The translations under genes and the position numbers were made by a program. The notes below the pieces were generated by a model. It was not told the DNA's origin. It was given only the letters and a program-made list of their open reading frames with translations, and did no database searches. From Nemertoderma westbladi (Eukaryota > Animalia > Xenacoelomorpha): a DNA stretch of 32,358 nt. Each line of letters opens with the position of its first letter. The first letter of the stretch is position 1. Positions 27,975-32,358 of this stretch are shown one piece after another. The stretch spans positions 1 to 32,358 of the forward strand of contig JAUCBJ010003632.1 of NCBI GenBank assembly GCA_032718475.1. The letters run 5' to 3'.

Positions 27975-29250
27975 ACTGCTCCGTGGAAATCAGAATGGGT
28001 TCCGTAAAGGTCGTGGGACCATGGAGCCCATTTTGGCACTTAGAAGGATAATTGAAGAATTATCAAAAAAGAAAGACAGGCATCTGGCTGTTATCTTTGT
28101 TGACTTCTTCAAGGCCTTTGATTCAGTCTCTCGCTCACGTATGTTCAGCATACTTTCATTATATGGGATTCCTGATGAAATTATTGCAGCAATCAGATCA
28201 GTATACGATGGTTCGACAACATTTGTGTCTACCGTTGACGGTGACACAGAACCATTTGAAGTGTTATGGGGCGTCCTCCAAGGAGACACACTTGCACCAT
28301 TCTTGTTCATTATTGTGGTTGACTATGTTCTACGCATGTCCTTAGATCATCTTAATGATGATGGGGTGATGATAACTCCACCTACTGGCTCCAGAAGTCG
28401 AGGAAATCCTGCCAAGTACCTAACTGATCTAGACTTTGCTGATGACTTAGGAGTACTCTCAGAATCATTAGAGGGAGCCCAACGGCTCCTCAGCTCATTA
28501 GAACATGCTGCTTCTAGTGTTGGTCTTTTTATTAACTCCAGAAAGACCAAAATTCTGACAGTTAACTTTGAAAGACCTCAGCAAGTCTCTGATCGGATGA
28601 GCATAAGCTCAAAGGATGGTATGCTTGAACATGTGGACGACTTCTGTTACCTGGGATCATGGATCCGGAAGTCAGGTGAGGACCTTCGAATACGTAAGGG
28701 AAAGGCATGGGCAGCCTTGAATAGGCTTTCCAGGATTTGGAAGTCACCGAGAATTAATCGGAAACTTAAGGTCCGATTATTTAGAGCAGCAGTAGTTCCA
28801 GTACTCCTCTACGGGAGTCCATGCTGGGCTCTAACTGCTGAGGACACCAAATCTCTGGATGGCACATTCACAAGAATGCTACGCCGGGTTCATTGTGTCA
28901 AGTACAATGCACACATCTCCAACCAGACACTATATAACATTGGAGGTGTCTCATTGGTTCCCCCAAGCTTGACACTAGAACAAAATTGCCTCCGCTTTGC
29001 AGGACATTGCTTTCGGCGTGAGGACCATCCAGTGCATAATCTTGTACTTTGGCAGCCTCATGGAGTGAATAAGCATGGTGGACAGCCCATGACTTTCTTG
29101 AGACGCATCTTAAAGGACACTGGCCTTAAAGATGCGGATGATCTAGCAAATGTCATGGGTGATAGGGAGTTGTGGCGGTGCAATTTTGTTGACAAGCCGG
29201 CACAGCATTCCTAAAAATGCAGCTGCAATGCAGCATGCCGATCCTAGTAG
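27975..29250 (+). mobile_element. 5'-truncated non-LTR retrotransposon (RTE/RTE-X-like LINE), antisense within a host intron
   Basis: RT ORF without an endonuclease domain, 36-nt 3' UTR ending in TAGTAG, and flanking TACTATAAAGG at 27964-27974 and 29251-29261 (candidate 11-bp TSD). Clade is inferred from motif memory. Confidence 0.92.
27976..29214 (+). CDS. Non-LTR reverse transcriptase ORF (C-terminal part, 5'-truncated)
   Basis: The frame is open upstream of the Met at 28021 (LLRGNQNGFRKGRGT). Motifs QNGFRKGRGT, FVDFFKAFDSV, GVLQGDTLAPFLF, LDFADDL, FCYLGS and C-terminal LRFAGHCFR. No stops or frameshifts. Confidence 0.95.
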   Translation: MLRGNQNGFRKGRGTMEPILALRRIIEELSKKKDRHLAVIFVDFFKAFDSVSRSRMFSILSLYGIPDEIIAAIRSVYDGSTTFVSTVDGDTEPFEVLWGVLQGDTLAPFLFIIVVDYVLRMSLDHLNDDGVMITPPTGSRSRGNPAKYLTDLDFADDLGVLSESLEGAQRLLSSLEHAASSVGLFINSRKTKILTVNFERPQQVSDRMSISSKDGMLEHVDDFCYLGSWIRKSGEDLRIRKGKAWAALNRLSRIWKSPRINRKLKVRLFRAAVVPVLLYGSPCWALTAEDTKSLDGTFTRMLRRVHCVKYNAHISNQTLYNIGGVSLVPPSLTLEQNCLRFAGHCFRREDHPVHNLVLWQPHGVNKHGGQPMTFLRRILKDTGLKDADDLANVMGDRELWRCNFVDKPAQHS

Positions 29251-29438
29251 TACTATAAAGGGATGGTTACTATAAAGGGTTGGTTACTATAAAGGGTTGG
29301 TTACTATAAAGGGATGGTTACTATAAAGGGATGGTTAATATAAAGGGTTGGTTACTATAAAGGGTTGGTTACTATAAAGGGTTGGTTACTATAAAGGGAT
29401 GGTTACTATAAAGGGATGGTTACTATAAAGTTAGTTAC
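29251..29438. repeat. 17-bp minisatellite, right part, ~11 units
   Basis: Same unit as 27850-27974, resuming right after the retroelement tail and ending ~40 nt from the donor of the CAP-Gly exon. Confidence 0.95.
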
Positions 29439-29477
29439 AAAAATAAGAAGAATACGACGGATTCCCGCCATACCAAC

Positions 29478-29613
29478 CATGATTCTCCTCGCAGCGGAAG
29501 TAAATAATGTTCTGTACTGTCCCATTATTCTTTCCTTCCTCTTCATCCAACGCAACTCCCGCCCAGAGTCCGGAAGCGAATTCTGTGGTCCCCATGTACT
29601 TCAACGTGCCACT
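29478..29613 (-). CDS. CLIP3/4: Exon encoding the CAP-Gly domain core ([45 protein letters not shown](G))
   Basis: Manual translation of the reverse complement, not in the ORF track. Acceptor TTTTCCTTTTATAATATTAG|, donor G|GTTGGT. 136 nt, phase 0-1. Contains GTTEFASG-x-W-x-GV-x-LD and GKNNG (CAP-Gly GKNDG motif). Confidence 0.95.
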
Positions 29614-29736
29614 CTAATATTATAAAAGGAAAATAAATCTCGGTAACCGAATATCAACAAGTTTATGATGTTATATGTTAGCACTTGATTTGGATTATAG
29701 TAATCACTTACATGGAACTCGAGAATCAAGGAAGCA

Positions 29737-29868
29737 ACCATTCCTGAAATTGTAGTGACTCTATTCCCCACTGGAACCCTCTAGAACCAACCTTACTATG
29801 GATTGTAGTGCCTCTATTCCATATCTGGAACCCTATAGAACCAACCTTGCCATGCATGGATTGTAGTT
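29737..29868. repeat. Detached, diverged remnant (~2.5 units) of the 54-bp minisatellite
   Basis: TTGTAGTGACTCTATTCCCCACTGGAACCCTCTAGAACCAACCTT matches the 30448-31569 array unit. Confidence 0.9.
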
Positions 29869-29983
29869 GCAAGCAAAAGCAAATTCCCTTGCATTATCCA
29901 CCCGAAAATGGGACCAGTGGCATTTTACCAATATAGTTGGCGATACGAGATTACCAATAATAATCTCGCCTCATAACCAACTC

Positions 29984-30004
29984 GGGGGGGGGGGGGGGGG
30001 GGGG
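29984..30004. repeat. Poly-G tract (G21)
   Basis: Homopolymer run seen directly. Confidence 0.9.
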
Positions 30005-30447
30005 CGATACAGGCCCTAAAGCCACAGAGAGAGGTGGGAGGTCAAACCACCTCACAGGGAGAACACAGCTAGTCGAGGCTAGCGGCAGGGGGTAACACTT
30101 ACAGGGAGTGCCAAAGTGACAATTAGTATATAAGCCAATAGCAGGCAGGGGAGCACGTGGGGAAAGATAGGAAAGCATCCATTGGGTAGCAAAAGGCCAA
30201 AGTAGAGTAGAGGTGAAACCAATATCTATGTGTATCAATCATATAGTTATCCCGATTACTGATTTACCGGTCAGTTCATTAATCACAGAGTTGCAGACCG
30301 GTTATAGTTTTAACCATCACTTTATACACTGCTGTTATAATTCTGTTTTGCAATTCCTACCATTATTTGTTATACTTTCTGTGCTATTATCATTGGAACA
30401 TTAACAACGAGAAACACAAACTCAGTTATTTTCCCGACGGCCTTCGG

Positions 30448-31569
30448 CTCTAGAACCAACCTTTCCATATTGTTGTGACTCTATTCCCCAACTGGAACCC
30501 TCTAGAACCAACCTTGCCATGGATTGTAGTGACTCTATTCCATATCTGGAACCCTCTAGAACCAACCTTGCCATGGATTGTAGTGACTCTATTCCATATC
30601 TGGAACCCTCTAGAACCAACCTTGCCATGGATTGTAGTGATTCTATTCCATATCTGGAACCCTCTAGAACCAACCTTTCCATATTGTTGTTACTCTATTC
30701 CCCAACTGGAACCCTCTAGAACCAACCTTGCCATGGATTGTAGTGACTCTATTCCATATCTGGAACCCTCTAGAACCAACCTTTCCATATTGTTGTGACT
30801 CTATTCCCCAACTGGAACCCTCTAGAACCAACCTTGCCATGGATTGTAGTGACTCTATTCCATATCTGGAACCCTCTAGAACCAACCTTACCATGGATTG
30901 TAGTGACTCTATTCCATATCTGGAACCCTCTAGAACCAACCTTGCCATGGATTGTAGTAATTCTATTCCATATCTGGAACCCTCTAGAACCAACCTTTCC
31001 ATATTGTTGTGACTCTATTCCCCAACTGGAACCCTCTAGAACCAACCTTGCCATGGATTGTAGTGACTCTATTCCATATCTGGAACCCTCTAGAACCAAC
31101 CTTTCCATATTGTTGTGACTCTATTCCCCAACTGGAACCCTCTAGAACCAACCTTGCCATGGATTGTAGTGACTCTATTCCATATCTGGAACCCTCCAGA
31201 ACAAACCTTTCCATATATTGTAGTGACTCTATTCCCCAACTGGAACCCTCTAGAACCAACCTTTCCATATTGTTGTGACTCTATTCCATATCTGGAACCC
31301 TCTAGAACCAACCTTGCCATGGATTGTAGTGATTCTATTCCATATCTGGAACCCTCTAGAACCAACCTTTCCATATTGTTGTGACTCTATTCCCCAACTG
31401 GAACCCTCTAGAACCAACCTTGCCATGGATTGTAGTGATTTTTATTCCATATCTGGAACCCTATAGAACCAACCTTTAAATGGATTGTAGTGACTCTATT
31501 CCATATCTGGAACCATCTAGAACCAACCTTTCCATGGATTGTTGTGACTCTATTCCCCAACTGGAACCC
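30448..31569. repeat. 54/52-bp minisatellite, ~21 units (CTCTAGAACCAACCTTGCCATGGATTGTAGTGACTCTATTCCATATCTGGAACC), overlapping the exon 3' end
   Basis: 54-bp units interspersed with a 52-bp variant (TTTCCATATTGTTGTG...CCCCAACTGG). The last unit lies within the exon. Confidence 0.97.
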
Positions 31570-31752
31570 CAGTTGCATCAGTAGGACTTTCCCGCAGACT
31601 CCCTCATAGGTAACGTTATCGTAGTGCGGCATAGTGAACTGGGCTCCGGCCGTGGACAACATGTCGTTGAGTGCCTCTCCATCTGCGTCCTCAGCAATAC
31701 ATTCCAAGGCGATTCGGTCCCGTTTATCTTTGAGTAGAGGATTGGCTCCCGC
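31528..31752 (-). CDS. CLIP3/4: Exon of CLIP3/4-like gene: end of an ankyrin repeat, linker and start of CAP-Gly (AGANPLLKDKRDRIALECI...TMPHYDNVTYEGVCGKVLLMQLGFQLGNRVTTIHGK)
   Basis: Acceptor TTGCAG| with an in-frame stop just upstream, donor AAG|GTTGGT. 225 nt, phase 0-0. GANP ankyrin tail. TMPHYDNV...LGFQLGNRV resembles my recollection of vertebrate CLIP3/CLIP4 (TLPNYDNV...LGLRLGDRV). Splices in frame to the CAP-Gly exon. Confidence 0.92.
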
Positions 31753-32358
31753 CTGCAATGTTATGTGTTATGACACCGAAGCAGAACTTGAAGGGATAGA
31801 AAACTACTTCAATTTGTTTCAAGCAAATCAGAAACTGGACGCTTTTGAAATTATTTTCTATATTCTAAAACCCGTTTCTTAAAATACCACTTTTCAATTT
31901 CGCGTATTTTAGCACGCTGGTTACATTGGATTTGGAATACATAGGTGACTCACAGCATTACAAACTCATCATTTTATTATAACGTGTTACAAAATGCATC
32001 TCGTTATATCACTATCACTATCTCTAGAATTACAACAAATATGATACTGGACTGGAACCTAAACGTTGGAGGTTCCCAAAACTATTCTACAATAATCTCT
32101 TCTCTTAAACGTTTGGCAACACTTTTTAGAAATTTCAGCGAAAATCAATCCGCAAAATATTAGATCACCCAACCGATAAATATAAATAGATAGATAGATT
32201 TATATATACATTATGCTGTTATGTAAAACAATAACAAATACACCAAACAATGCACCGGTATATAGGGATTGTCCAACATAACAGGATTATCCCTAAAGCT
32301 TTGCAACATATTTCCAAGGGGATGATCCCTTTATGTTACTTGATTACAAATACAATAT

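Noticed and set aside
27990-28747. Small ORFs overlapping the RT (27990-28310, 28052-28345, 28347-28550, 28562-28747)
   Set aside because: They are antisense or alternative-frame shadows of the RT ORF.
28021-29214. RT as a bacterial retron, group II intron, DGR or CRISPR-associated RT linked to the repeat arrays
   Set aside because: Motifs, 5' truncation, short-repeat tail and candidate TSD all fit a eukaryotic non-LTR retrotransposon. Nothing links it to generating the arrays.
27850-29438. 17-bp unit (and AGGGTTA/CCTAAC in the 50-bp unit) as telomeric repeat
   Set aside because: Only partial resemblance to TTAGGG, with no tandem canonical hexamers or pentamers, and an intronic location.
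30422-31466. Repetitive ORFs (MERLVLEGSRYG..., MDCSDSIPYLEP...)
   Set aside because: They are translations of the 54-bp repeat. Only the terminal unit is coding, as part of the exon.
29416-32163. ORFs 29416-29625, 29951-30238, 30213-30404, 31634-31882 and 31945-32163
   Set aside because: They are antisense to real exons or short intronic frames with no recognisable motifs.

Overview
Eukaryotic (animal, probably invertebrate) genomic DNA, with no prokaryotic features. Bases 1-23796 are one giant 38/42-bp hairpin-forming minisatellite array (roughly 590 units, open at the left edge), and all ORFs called there are translation artefacts. The right 8.5 kb holds three clear exons and one probable exon of a minus-strand ankyrin + CAP-Gly gene of the CLIP3/CLIP4 family. 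The ORF track misses its core CAP-Gly exon. Each intron carries a different minisatellite (54/52 bp, 17 bp, 50 bp). The 54-bp unit is an amplified exon/intron junction (last 42 nt of the exon plus the first 12 nt of the intron), and the 50-bp array may similarly overlap a splice acceptor. A 5'-truncated RTE-type non-LTR retrotransposon with an uninterrupted ORF is inserted in the 17-bp array. I see no evidence for a new enzymatic or defence system. The most interesting signals are the splice-junction-derived satellites and the palindrome-perfecting variants in the giant array.
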